This document shows positions 38,322 to 47,537 of a stretch of 64,000 bases of DNA, piece after piece. The DNA is taken from IMG/VR virus record IMGVR_UViG_3300048924_000191, positions 1 through 64,000 of that record; one strand, written 5' to 3'. The stretch comes from a virus. A program made the position numbers and the translations under genes. The notes beneath the pieces were generated by a model. That model was given only the letters and a program-made list of their open reading frames with translations, was not told where the DNA came from and searched no databases. Position 1 is the stretch's first letter, and the number at the start of each line of letters is the position of its first letter.

Positions 38322-39428
38322 CTATGTTGGTTTCAGTTTGTTAATGAACCCGATGACCCCAACGACGGCAGCCATCATTCCGCCCACCAGTTTTATCCAG
38401 TCGGCCAAGTTTCGGGTATTCTCTTTGACCTGCTCCTCTTGGAACCGTCTTCGAGTCACCTCTTCTTTGTACTCGCGGAATTCTTTCTCCCGGACGTGCT
38501 CCTCCCGAGTTACAGTTTCCCGCATTTGCAACTCATCAATCTTCTGCCGATGAACTGTCTCCGCCAGCTCTCGTTTCAGCAGTGTCTCACGATCACCTTC
38601 GATCACAGCGTCCTCAGCTGTCTTACACAGACGGAAAAGAGTATCCGCTGTTTCGAAGTCGTAATGTTTGTGACACATGTCTTTGGTATCAGTCCGCGCA
38701 TTGATGGCGCTTACTGGGTTACGGCACACCAGGTGCACACCCGACGGCATAGTCGGGTCCCGTTCTATCGGAACGGGATAAACCTCGCCCCCGAGGAACA
38801 GATACCGGTCAGATCGATGTTGGACAGGACTGTTGTCTACAGCCTTGAGAGAAAACACAAGCGTTTTGTTGCTGATGTGCGGCACCGCTCCACGGAAAGA
38901 TCGCTTGACCGCTTCCGTTGGACCGAAGGGATGTTCTACGCGCTTGTCCCGATTGCCATCCGGAACTAACTGTAAGTCCAACTCCTCCAGATAAACGATA
39001 CCACCCAGTGCCTCCAGTGCTCCCCACTTCAGAGATACCAGCACAGTAACGGTGACGTGCCCGAGCTTACTGCCGTTCGAGAACATCTTCACCTGATCGT
39101 CGAAAGCCAACATGATCTCACGAACGACCTTACTGTTGCTCAGGATGTTATCCCGTATCTCATCTGTGATTGTGCGAAGATCCTTGATCGGAACCCGCCA
39201 TTCCAGTTCTACGTCGAATCGCTCGCTACTTCCGTGGCTTACCGGCTGGCCCGGCAAGTACGTATTGACACCTAGGCGAGTCTTATGCCAAATCCCCGTT
39301 GTCGTACGATTGAAACACCTCATACGGAAATCCGTAGAGGCGATTGTGTCGTCGATCACTCTGCTACATTTCAGCGTCTCAACACTGCATACGTCGAGCA
39401 CGGAAACTTGGCGACCTTTCGACTCCAT
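38322..39428 (-). CDS. hypothetical protein (368 aa) with charged coiled-coil region and C-terminal membrane anchor
   Basis: ORF track. C-terminus: ...REEHVREKEFREYKEEVTRRRFQEEQVKEN..WIKLVGGMMAAVVGVIGFI (tail-anchor-like). Confidence 0.6.
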   Translation of the reverse strand: MESKGRQVSVLDVCSVETLKCSRVIDDTIASTDFRMRCFNRTTTGIWHKTRLGVNTYLPGQPVSHGSSERFDVELEWRVPIKDLRTITDEIRDNILSNSKVVREIMLAFDDQVKMFSNGSKLGHVTVTVLVSLKWGALEALGGIVYLEELDLQLVPDGNRDKRVEHPFGPTEAVKRSFRGAVPHISNKTLVFSLKAVDNSPVQHRSDRYLFLGGEVYPVPIERDPTMPSGVHLVCRNPVSAINARTDTKDMCHKHYDFETADTLFRLCKTAEDAVIEGDRETLLKRELAETVHRQKIDELQMRETVTREEHVREKEFREYKEEVTRRRFQEEQVKENTRNLADWIKLVGGMMAAVVGVIGFINKLKPT

Positions 39429-39544
39429 AGTTTAGAACTCCCCTGTAGGAATTTACCGATCGAATCGCTCCATTTTTATTTCCCACTTACCGATTTAGTA
39501 ATGTACTACTGTAAATCGTTTGTTCTAAAAGAGCATAAAGGGCA

Positions 39545-39576
39545 TAGAGCAGGTGGGCGCAAGCCCACCTGCTCTA
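39545..39576 (-). terminator. hairpin terminator downstream of the candidate capsid gene
   Basis: tagagcaggtgggc gcaa gcccacctgctcta, a 14-bp perfect stem 40 nt after stop 39617. On the minus strand it is followed by TATGCCCTTTATGCTCTTTT. Confidence 0.7.
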
Positions 39577-39616
39577 CTATCACCTAATTGCTAGATGACT
39601 CCTCAACCCTTGCGAG

Positions 39617-41884
39617 TTAAGGCTGACCGCCGGTACCAGTACCGTCGTCTACACCGTTACCACCGGTGCCACCAGTCCCGCCACCAGTGCCCCCAGTGCC
39701 ACCACCGGTGCCACTTCCGTCAGCTTCGGTGACGGTTGCCGCGACACGAAAAGGCATGGTTTCTTCCAGCAGTTCGTCCACGCCGAGCACGTTGAACTTC
39801 ACGATGATCGGCAGCAGGAAGTAGTGTTGGAAGCGCGGCTGTACGACCGCTTCAACACGCGGGGTGTTGTCACGGGTAACAGTCATGCTGGAAACCAGCG
39901 ACGGAGTCAGGAGCATCACGCCCGAAGACAGGATGTCGATACCGTCGACGTCACGGGACAGCGACATGTACAGCGTGTCGGCCAGACGCGCATCGACGTC
40001 GGCTTCCAGCTGGTACGGCAGGTCCGCACCCAGGGTACGGCTGTCGCCGGTGATGGTGAGGAAGCGTTTGATCTTCTGCGAGGTTGCGCAGATGAACTTC
40101 CACTTGTTGGTGATCTCACCACCGTCCAGGAACCGGCAGGCGTTTTCGTAGTTGGTACGCTGCAGGATGTCGAAGGCAACCGAACGCATGGCGTTGGTCA
40201 GAACCTCGATACCGTTTTCCACGTTGGCAACGGTTTCTTGCGACTGAGTATCGTCCTTCAGGTTGATATTCAGTTCCTGGCAGTAGGCGTTGACCAGGTG
40301 ACGGCCGATACCTTCGATTGCCAGAGCGTTGATTTCGAAGTCGCCCTTGGTCAGGTCGCCACGCAGGCCGCCGTTCGACAGACGCATCAGACGCTCGTGG
40401 TAGGCTTGCAGCACGCCGACCGCTTCGTTGTTGATGTAGTTGCCGACCGCGAAGACCAGGTGATCCATGATGGTCTGGTCACGCTCTTCGCCGACTGGGT
40501 ACGGTACGAAGAACGGTGCGCGGGTACGGGTCATCAGGCGCTCGCCGACCGGACGGACGTTGAGCATCAGACCCAGGTGACGGTGGTTGGTGTTGGTCAG
40601 ACGAGCGTCTGGCCACCAGCCGGCCACGGCGATATCTTCGAAACCGGTAACGATCGACTGACCAACGGTGCCGGCCAGAGGAATCACGTCGCCTGCTTCG
40701 TTGACGATCGACATCACTTCAACGATACCTGGGTTCACCGAGATACCGCCACGTTCAACGTCGACCTTACCGTTCAGGGTGGTCTTCAGACGAACGGTGT
40801 ACTTGCCTGCAGTGATGATGTCCCAGACACCGCCAGTCAGCGCGTTACCGTTGGCGTCCTTGGTGTCCTTGTCCACGAACAGGGAGGTCAGGTCGAAGTT
40901 CAGCTTCAGCGCACGGCCGCCTTGTTCAGCGGTTTTCAGCCAGCGGCTGTATGGCAGACCCAGGGTGTCGAAACGCAGCGCAGCGCCGCCCAGCGACAGG
41001 ATGATCCAGGCCACACCGATGTTGCGGTCCAGAGCTTCGGTGTAGTCGGCCTGACCGGCACGGCTCACGGTGTCCAGGTTGCCCAGGCCGAAGAGGTTGA
41101 TCTCTTTCTGCACCAGCAGCGCCGAAGTGGTAACGGTACGCTTGCCGACAGTGTGCGGGAACGGAGTCACCAGGCTGGTCGGAACGAACATCGCCTTGGT
41201 GGCGTCGTTGTAGGTCGGCAGGATCGCGGTGCTGTTGTCGTTCAGCACGGTGTAGTCGATCGAGGAGTCGATCACACGGCGGAAACCGAAGTCCGAAGGA
41301 GTACCGTCGGTAGCGTGACGCACCAGGTTCTCAACGAACAGGTTCGGAACCATGATGTCCACACCGCCCTGATCCGGAGACAGAGCCACGGTACGGAAGA
41401 ACATTTCCATGGCCGCGCCTTGACGGGCGATCTTGTAGTTCAGGCCGATCGAGACGTTCAGGAACTCGTTCAGGTTCTGGTTGTCGAAGGATTCGGTGGA
41501 GTAGACGGAGTCGTACTCGCGACCTTCCAGCGAAGCCATGCCGATGCCGTCGCCCAGCTTGCCGATACCTTCACCCTTTTGAGCGTGCAGGTAGGCTTTC
41601 GGATCGGCGGCAAATGCGGCGATCAGAGAAGCGGCGGTCATGCCGACAGGGTTCAGGTACCCTTCTTTGTTTTCCATCGAAGGCTCGAGGACCTTCTTCA
41701 GGTTGCCAGCGATCTGGTTGAGATCGATGTCGGCCCACTTGACCGAACCGCCACCAACGCCTTCGATAACCTGTTTGCTCTCGGTCGAATAACCGCTGCC
41801 GTTGAACAGGTGGTCTTTCAGCGTCGCAGCGCTGGCAATGCCGGCGGATTCGCGAAACGCGGACTTGAGTTTCAATACGCTCAT
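39617..41884 (-). CDS. candidate major capsid protein (755 aa) with Gly/Thr-rich C-terminal tail
   Basis: ORF track 39617..41947. Start moved to ATG 41884 (MSVLKLKSAF) with GGAG upstream. Size matches jumbo-phage (phiKZ-type) capsid proteins. It has its own structured leader and a strong terminator, and its codon usage looks strongly biased. No sequence-level confirmation is possible here. Confidence 0.5.
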   Translation of the reverse strand: MSVLKLKSAFRESAGIASAATLKDHLFNGSGYSTESKQVIEGVGGGSVKWADIDLNQIAGNLKKVLEPSMENKEGYLNPVGMTAASLIAAFAADPKAYLHAQKGEGIGKLGDGIGMASLEGREYDSVYSTESFDNQNLNEFLNVSIGLNYKIARQGAAMEMFFRTVALSPDQGGVDIMVPNLFVENLVRHATDGTPSDFGFRRVIDSSIDYTVLNDNSTAILPTYNDATKAMFVPTSLVTPFPHTVGKRTVTTSALLVQKEINLFGLGNLDTVSRAGQADYTEALDRNIGVAWIILSLGGAALRFDTLGLPYSRWLKTAEQGGRALKLNFDLTSLFVDKDTKDANGNALTGGVWDIITAGKYTVRLKTTLNGKVDVERGGISVNPGIVEVMSIVNEAGDVIPLAGTVGQSIVTGFEDIAVAGWWPDARLTNTNHRHLGLMLNVRPVGERLMTRTRAPFFVPYPVGEERDQTIMDHLVFAVGNYINNEAVGVLQAYHERLMRLSNGGLRGDLTKGDFEINALAIEGIGRHLVNAYCQELNINLKDDTQSQETVANVENGIEVLTNAMRSVAFDILQRTNYENACRFLDGGEITNKWKFICATSQKIKRFLTITGDSRTLGADLPYQLEADVDARLADTLYMSLSRDVDGIDILSSGVMLLTPSLVSSMTVTRDNTPRVEAVVQPRFQHYFLLPIIVKFNVLGVDELLEETMPFRVAATVTEADGSGTGGGTGGTGGGTGGTGGNGVDDGTGTGGQP
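39620..39718 (-). repeat. GGT/GGC-ACC trinucleotide-type repeat encoding GSGTGGGTGGTGGGTGGTGGNGVDDGTGTGGQP
   Basis: Reiterated ccaccggtgcc / ccaccagtgcc units are visible on the plus strand at the 3' end of the capsid ORF. Confidence 0.7.
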
Positions 41885-42051
41885 GTGTTGCTCCAAATAG
41901 CTATTTGGTAGAATTATCAAAGCTTTGATTTTGGGATTGACGCCCACCCGGTATTAGTCGACTAGCACCGGCAACCCCGCGTCCCTCTGAGCGTTAATTC
42001 GATCACCGTAAAAAATTACGGTATTCGCCATAACATCATATCGGCGAATCA
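41885..42051 (-). promoter_or_regulatory. structured leader/intergenic region upstream of the candidate capsid gene
   Basis: Two perfect palindromes: ccaaatagctatttgg (41893..41908, next to the SD) and atcaaagctttgat (41916..41929). Two hairpins: accgtaaaaaattacggt (42005..42022) and attcgcc-N13-ggcgaat (42023..42049). Confidence 0.5.
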
Positions 42052-42624
42052 CACATCCTTCGAATTATTGTTACCGTCCGAAGGTTCGCCACCACCATCT
42101 GGAGTAATGACCGGTGGCTGTACCAGACGATGCAGGTTTTCGTCAGCCGTGTTGATGTGGTCATTATTTACAGAAAGTAGATATCGTTTGAACGAGTCCG
42201 AATCGAACGCCTGAGCCCGACCCCGATAGGTATCGAGCGCTACCAAAAGTTCTTTGGTCAGATCCTTCGCTTCGGCATCCCCACCCTTCTCGAGGATGAA
42301 GATCCCACCACGACCATCGTCATGTACTTCGAAGTGCGCCAGGTGGAAGTGTGGTACAGCTTTGTTCTCAGGGTTTTGTCCGAAGAGTGCGAATACCGCA
42401 TCTTCCTCAGAATATTGTCCTTCGATGTCCGCAGCAGGGAAGGTAAAGTCCTTTACCCGCATCAATTCGAACTTGGTACGAAGGAGATTGTTGGCCAACT
42501 TGTAGAGCTTCACATCTTGTTTCGATACTATGCTCTCGAGATTGGCGAGACTCGAATTATAGTGGCTGATAACAGAACCCAGCCACTTTGGAACGAACCT
42601 GATTTCCAGCGGGTTGTTCATCAC
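42049..42624 (-). CDS. hypothetical protein (191 aa) upstream of the capsid gene
   Basis: ORF track. Same strand as the capsid gene. No motif recognised. Confidence 0.6.
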   Translation of the reverse strand: MMNNPLEIRFVPKWLGSVISHYNSSLANLESIVSKQDVKLYKLANNLLRTKFELMRVKDFTFPAADIEGQYSEEDAVFALFGQNPENKAVPHFHLAHFEVHDDGRGGIFILEKGGDAEAKDLTKELLVALDTYRGRAQAFDSDSFKRYLLSVNNDHINTADENLHRLVQPPVITPDGGGEPSDGNNNSKDV

Positions 42625-42670
42625 AGATTCCCCACAAATTAATGATTGCCTGACGTGAGGCAGTGAAGAA

Positions 42671-44215
42671 ATGGAAGTAAAGCTTCGTTTAGCTAAAGCG
42701 ATTGGTCTTGCATACTACGCTAGCCATAGTCAGAACGGCCCGCATGATTCGACAGCCAATCTGATCGAAAAGATCCTGAACCACCTCAAGCTCCCCGAGG
42801 ATAAAGGGACAGAGCGAGAACGCTCGTCACTAATTAAAGCACGCAGCATTGTTGTCTGGATGAAGTCGCGCGGCTTCGAACAGCCGTTCGATCTGAACGA
42901 CCTGATGACCAGACTCCGGGCGGCCTCGGGTGAGGATGATCGCCTATATGATCTATTTAGCCGCAGCCTCCTGCTGGTCGATGACCCGGATGCGGCACGC
43001 GATAAAGTTCGTGACATCTCTTCGGAAATGCATGAGTTCATCGCAGTTGAAGAATTCGAAAACCTACTGCGTCGTGCTTCACGTCAGCTCGGGTTTGACC
43101 GTGAGAAGATCGAGGATGTTCGCTCCTTCCGTGAAGAGCTGATCCTCAAACTTCAAGCATTGCCGTTTGAGAACCGCGCTGGTGCTGGTAGTGCATTCCG
43201 TTGTCTGGACATTACCAACCTTGAGAGCGTGGCTGACGTCTTCCACAAGGCGCAGTTGGCTGTAGATCCACGGGCTATCCTCAAGCTGGCTTATAAAGCA
43301 CTGAACCGGATGACCGGCTCTCAGGGCGGTGCCCGTCGCGGTGAGTATTCCAACGTATCGGCATTACCTGGTCAGAACAAGACAGGTAACCTGCTCGACA
43401 CGTTTGTGGCGATGAACATCTTCAACGAACCCGTCCTGTTCGATGAAACGAAGAAGCCGCTCAACATCTACGTCACCATCGAAGACAAGCTCGAACTCGT
43501 CATGGAGAAGCTGTACGTTCTTCTGATGCAGCACGAGTTTGGTTTGCCGGTTGTAGTCAACGCAGTCTCTCCAGCAGAGATGGCCGAGTACGTCCACCGC
43601 CGTCTGTCCAAGAACGGTCACCATGTTCGAATCATGGAACTGCCGGGCGGTACTTCGTCTGACGCATTCCTTGACGAGATGCGTGCGTTCCAGGACCAAG
43701 GCTTTGAGATCATTTCGATTGGTCTTGACTACACCAACCTGATCGGTAAGCAGGGTATTCCTGCACAGGTAGCGGGTGACGAGACTCAGCTGTTGGTCCG
43801 TAAGGTCCGTAGCTGGACTTCGCCTAACGACATCTATACCTACTCAGCCCACCAGCTTTCGACCGATGCCAAGACGCTGGCTCGTCAGTTCCCTGACGAT
43901 TACCTCAAGCGTCTGCAAGGTAAAGGTTACTACGAAGGCTGTAAGAAGTTGGACACTGAGTTCGACTACGAGTACATGGTTGCCAAGACCAAACACGGTG
44001 GCGAGTGGTGGCAAGAGTTCAACTGGTGTAAACACCGTAAGGTAGGCACCACGCTCGAGCAGGACAAGTACTTCGCAATGAAGTTCCAAGAGTACCCAAT
44101 GCTCGGCTTGAAGTACGACCAAGACTTGGAAGTGGATCTGTCCTACTCCAAAGTCGGTGGTCGAAACAACGTGAGTCAGGGCGGGTATGACTTCGCAAAC
44201 TTTGATGACGATTGA
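42671..44215 (+). CDS. DnaB-like (SF4, RecA-fold) replicative helicase
   Basis: SALPGQNKTGNLL is Walker A-like (GK replaced by NK). IISIGLDYTNLI resembles the DnaB Walker B (vviDYlql). IYTYSAHQLSTDAK resembles the DnaB SQLSR motif. Single-gene plus unit with a hairpin after it. Confidence 0.5.
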   Translation: MEVKLRLAKAIGLAYYASHSQNGPHDSTANLIEKILNHLKLPEDKGTERERSSLIKARSIVVWMKSRGFEQPFDLNDLMTRLRAASGEDDRLYDLFSRSLLLVDDPDAARDKVRDISSEMHEFIAVEEFENLLRRASRQLGFDREKIEDVRSFREELILKLQALPFENRAGAGSAFRCLDITNLESVADVFHKAQLAVDPRAILKLAYKALNRMTGSQGGARRGEYSNVSALPGQNKTGNLLDTFVAMNIFNEPVLFDETKKPLNIYVTIEDKLELVMEKLYVLLMQHEFGLPVVVNAVSPAEMAEYVHRRLSKNGHHVRIMELPGGTSSDAFLDEMRAFQDQGFEIISIGLDYTNLIGKQGIPAQVAGDETQLLVRKVRSWTSPNDIYTYSAHQLSTDAKTLARQFPDDYLKRLQGKGYYEGCKKLDTEFDYEYMVAKTKHGGEWWQEFNWCKHRKVGTTLEQDKYFAMKFQEYPMLGLKYDQDLEVDLSYSKVGGRNNVSQGGYDFANFDDD

Positions 44216-44247
44216 TCGGCAGAAGTAAACAAAAAAAAAAGAAAGCG

Positions 44248-44275
44248 AGAGGAGTGGGCTTGCGCCCACTCCTCT
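44248..44275. terminator. bidirectional hairpin terminator at a convergent junction
   Basis: agaggagtgggc ttgc gcccactcctct, a 12-bp stem. The A10 run upstream supplies a U-tract for the minus-strand transcript. Confidence 0.7.
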
Positions 44276-44281
44276 ATGCCG

Positions 44282-45073
44282 TCACTCGTTCGAGTCAGAG
44301 CGAGACATAGCTTTCGATATCAATCCAGGTTCCAGGTTGTTCCCGGGATGCCCGGACTCATCACCGAGCGACTTACGTCGTTCTTCGAAGACTTGTTGGC
44401 AATACCGTTCTGCGGTAGCGGTAGCGGCCTGATGTCCGTTAGATCCCTCCACTATAACTGCCTTCAACCCGCTAGCCAGACGTGCGGCTTCTTCTGGTTC
44501 GATGAGTTTACCGGTAGTCATGTCGTATCCGTATCCCAACTCGAGCGCTACCTCGAGAGGAACCTCTTGGGTTTTCGGATAGGTATCGGCAACGTCGATA
44601 TCGCTGACGAGCTCGGTGAGACGAGTACCCAGATAAGGTTCCTTTATCGGCGTCGGATCTATGTCAAACGATTGACCGCGAAGTTGACACAGGCGAAGAT
44701 CTTCAGGAAGCGCCAGAATCGGATCGAGCTTATAACGCCCCATGCCGAGATATATCGCACCGTTGTGGAAACTGCGATCCAGCGTCATGTCGACGTAACC
44801 TTGTTCACAGTCCTGATTCAAGCCACGACTACGGGCGATGAAGAGCAGGATGTCCCGAACCATACTCACCGCAGTCGCGCGAGTCCGTTTGGCCTGGTCT
44901 CGCATGTCCTGCTTCAGATCACGCGCAATTAGAGTAATCTCCAGCGTTGCTTTCAGGAGATGTCTGGCGTGATCCTCTAGGAGGGCGAAGAACAGTTCTG
45001 GAGGACCTTCAACCAGCTGTTCTTTCTGGGCATGTAGAATCAAACTCATTGTGTCGTTTGCGTTACGAGTCAT
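44282..45073 (-). CDS. hypothetical protein (263 aa)
   Basis: ORF track. ATG lies 10 nt after the upstream stop. Confidence 0.6.
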   Translation of the reverse strand: MTRNANDTMSLILHAQKEQLVEGPPELFFALLEDHARHLLKATLEITLIARDLKQDMRDQAKRTRATAVSMVRDILLFIARSRGLNQDCEQGYVDMTLDRSFHNGAIYLGMGRYKLDPILALPEDLRLCQLRGQSFDIDPTPIKEPYLGTRLTELVSDIDVADTYPKTQEVPLEVALELGYGYDMTTGKLIEPEEAARLASGLKAVIVEGSNGHQAATATAERYCQQVFEERRKSLGDESGHPGNNLEPGLISKAMSRSDSNE

Positions 45074-45083
45074 GCTGATATCC

Positions 45084-45926
45084 TTACGCCGCTTTCGGCC
45101 AGAGAAGAGGGTTGATCACATCGATGTCGAGGATCTCGAACAAGCGACATGCGAACGGAGCGATCTGATACGAGAATTCGAATCCGGACCGACGGATGAA
45201 CTCGTGGAGATCCGTCAGCCTGCCGCAGGCTTGAATCACCTCAGGTGTCATCTGGCCGAAGTGACTCAGACGAAGATCGACGGCCTTGGTGAACAACTCT
45301 TGCGCCTCAACCACCAGAGCGTAGAAGAACGCTTCACGCTCTTCAGGTAACCCAGAAGCCGGGAGGTAATTTTCAGGAACATCGAACTTGGCGATGAACG
45401 TCTGGAAGTCCGAGATCTTTGCGTCTACCACCTTGACTGACTGACCGATCGCGCGGTATTCGTCAGGGTTGGTGTGGGCCATGGTTCCCAGCGTGCGGCG
45501 GATGCGCACCAACTCACCCAACTCTCGATAGATGAAGTTCCAGAACCGCAACGTCTCATCGACAGGTCTGGTAGTGTACTCCGACAGAGTCGCTACCTTG
45601 TCCCAGGGCAATTGACGTTCGAGCTTTCTGCCGGTTAGGCGTTCGAGGCTGTCTGGATCGCCCAACAGCTGACGGCGGATCAAACCGGTATGGAAACGAG
45701 GTCTCACTGGTTCGGCGCTGGCGATGGCGCTGGACATGACCTGCTCGATTTCGGCAGACGTTGCTTTGGCATACTCTAATCCGGAAACGATTCGTTCTGG
45801 ATCGAGACCGCGTTCCGCCGCTAGGTCGAGATAAAGACCTGCGCGCCGATGGATGAGCGTACTGTTGACCAATTTGGCCAGACGTTCGACTTGTTCCGGC
45901 ATTACGCGAATGGCGCGTTTCTTCAT
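45084..45926 (-). CDS. hypothetical protein (280 aa)
   Basis: ORF track 45084..45971. Start moved to ATG 45926 (MKKRAIRV) with AAGGAA upstream, 10 nt after the upstream stop. Confidence 0.6.
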   Translation of the reverse strand: MKKRAIRVMPEQVERLAKLVNSTLIHRRAGLYLDLAAERGLDPERIVSGLEYAKATSAEIEQVMSSAIASAEPVRPRFHTGLIRRQLLGDPDSLERLTGRKLERQLPWDKVATLSEYTTRPVDETLRFWNFIYRELGELVRIRRTLGTMAHTNPDEYRAIGQSVKVVDAKISDFQTFIAKFDVPENYLPASGLPEEREAFFYALVVEAQELFTKAVDLRLSHFGQMTPEVIQACGRLTDLHEFIRRSGFEFSYQIAPFACRLFEILDIDVINPLLWPKAA

Positions 45927-45936
45927 GATTCGTTCC

Positions 45937-46131
45937 TTAGTCTTTACAGACTGTGTATGGGACTTCGACATTGATGACGATAGCCCCGCGTTTGAGTTCG
46001 GTCGCCTGAATACAACCAGGCGATTTGGCAGATTGATCTTGAGCGATGAGCGTGACTAACAACCCCACCGAGAACAGCGCGGACAGGGCCCAGATCGCGG
46101 CTTCCTGCCCGTCGATTTCCTTACGAAACAT
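45937..46131 (-). CDS. small membrane protein (64 aa)
   Basis: ORF track 45937..46170. Start moved to ATG 46131 (MFRKEIDG). TM segment: AAIWALSALFSVGLLVTLIA. Confidence 0.45.
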   Translation of the reverse strand: MFRKEIDGQEAAIWALSALFSVGLLVTLIAQDQSAKSPGCIQATELKRGAIVINVEVPYTVCKD

Positions 46132-46282
46132 ACCCACCCCTCGTAGCAATGTAGTAGAGCATGCCGACAACGGCCGATACGAGGATTATCGCAATGCTGA
46201 TATCCCGCACGGTCAGATAGAACTCTTGGCGCTTACGCTTCTGTTCTATCTCGTCAAGCTGTTTCTCAAGATCTGCACTCAT
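46121..46282 (-). CDS. small membrane protein (53 aa), not in the ORF track
   Basis: Hand translation: MSADLEKQLDEIEQKRKRQEFYLTVRDISIAIILVSAVVGMLYYIATRGGYVS. Its ATG overlaps the upstream stop (ATGA), and its stop overlaps the downstream start (TATGTTTCGTAA). Confidence 0.4.
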   Translation of the reverse strand: MSADLEKQLDEIEQKRKRQEFYLTVRDISIAIILVSAVVGMLYYIATRGGYVS

Positions 46283-46788
46283 GCACGAGCTCCCAGAAGA
46301 GGTTCAAGTACCCCAGCTTTCACTTCGGCGAAATCGAGTTTGAGCTGGGTACGTATCTCGACCATGGTGTCACGGTCGTATTTGTACAGGTCCAGCCATT
46401 CTTTAACGCAGCCGTCGTTGAACGCCTTGGCGTGCTTCTCGTCAGTGAAGAACCGACGAGTATGCGAGACAGGGTCCCACACCACGTACAGGTCGTTGAC
46501 GACCCGAGGAGTGTAACCTTTACGCACCCGCGGCAGCAGACGACGGTGGAGCAGGAAGTTCAGCGACAGCTCACGAGCCAGGCTCGCTTGCTCCAGCGCG
46601 GTTTGTGCACCGACAGTCTTGATTGGAAAGTAAGCTTGTGCCCACTCCCCCTTGCTGTCAACCACAGTGGCAACCCAACGACGACGAGGGAAGTCGTAAT
46701 GCACGCCAGTAGGTGGGGTGAGTACACGAGTTACGCCACCTTCAACAGCGACGACTTTACCGGTTTGCAATTTCCAAATCTGAGCCAT
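46279..46788 (-). CDS. hypothetical protein with AP2-like DNA-binding segment (169 aa)
   Basis: GVHYDFPRRRWVATVVDSKGEWAQAYFPIKTVGAQTALEQASLAREL resembles the AP2/integrase-type DNA-binding fold (R-W-A-I .. G .. F .. EEA..A). This is a weak by-eye call. Confidence 0.5.
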   Translation of the reverse strand: MAQIWKLQTGKVVAVEGGVTRVLTPPTGVHYDFPRRRWVATVVDSKGEWAQAYFPIKTVGAQTALEQASLARELSLNFLLHRRLLPRVRKGYTPRVVNDLYVVWDPVSHTRRFFTDEKHAKAFNDGCVKEWLDLYKYDRDTMVEIRTQLKLDFAEVKAGVLEPLLGARA

Positions 46789-46837
46789 TTAGTTTGTCCT
46801 CCCGGACGATAAGTGAACCAAATACAACTAACGAGGA

Positions 46838-47146
46838 TTACCAGCCGCGGTGGCGTTGTGCCAGAGCTGGGTTGAAACGACGCGCTTGCGTGACCGCTAC
46901 GTGAGGGCCGAACAGTTGCGTGTAAATCTCTTCATCTTCGCACAGACGGCGAATGCACTGCTCGAACTCCTGACAGAAGCCAGGAGCCGGTTTGTACGGC
47001 AGGTAACCGAAGACACGGATCTTGGTCCGAGACCCATCTTCAAAGATGATGGGTACGGTACCAGCCCGGTGACTATTCTCCGGCAGCACCTCGTCGATCG
47101 CGCCGAGAGTCAGTGGAGCGCCGAGTACCCTTACGTTGACGACCAT
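46838..47146 (-). CDS. hypothetical protein (102 aa)
   Basis: ORF track 46838..47248. Start moved to ATG 47146 (MVVNVRV) with AGAGGTG upstream. Confidence 0.5.
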   Translation of the reverse strand: MVVNVRVLGAPLTLGAIDEVLPENSHRAGTVPIIFEDGSRTKIRVFGYLPYKPAPGFCQEFEQCIRRLCEDEEIYTQLFGPHVAVTQARRFNPALAQRHRGW

Positions 47147-47537
47147 GTTTATCACCTCTTTCCAAATTGGCTTGTATTTGCTCGAACTCATCCGGGTCGG
47201 TATGTGGTTCATCGAGCACATCACGAATACGTTGCAGTTCTTCTTCAAACTCAGCGACTTGATCGGTCATGTCGGTAGAGTTCTGTTCTACCTTCACACG
47301 CACCTCAGCAATACGCTCTTCAGCAGCAGCCATCCGAACGTCATGCGCTTCAGCCGCTGCAGACATTTCCTGAGCGGCGGTGACGATCAGATCGCTGTTC
47401 TCAGTTTGAAGTTCCTTGGTCTTAGCCTTTGCTTCACGCAGAGCTTTAAAGCTCTTAGCGGCGCGGAATGCGGTGTAGAGCCCAGCAACGGAAAGGCCTA
47501 CACAAGCCGTAATACGAATAGCAGCAGAAATGTTCAT
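47073..47537 (-). CDS. membrane-anchored coiled-coil protein (154 aa)
   Basis: N-terminal TM segment (AAIRITACVGLSVAGLYTAF), then a heptad-like region. Its 3' end overlaps the next gene by 74 nt. Confidence 0.5.
   Translation of the reverse strand: MNISAAIRITACVGLSVAGLYTAFRAAKSFKALREAKAKTKELQTENSDLIVTAAQEMSAAAEAHDVRMAAAEERIAEVRVKVEQNSTDMTDQVAEFEEELQRIRDVLDEPHTDPDEFEQIQANLERGDKHGRQRKGTRRSTDSRRDRRGAAGE

Noticed and set aside
39620-39718. GSGTGGGTGGTGG read as a tubulin/FtsZ GGGTGSG nucleotide-binding signature (PhuZ-like).
   Set aside because: It is a low-complexity tail at the extreme C-terminus of a 755-aa capsid-sized protein. It is not embedded in a tubulin fold.
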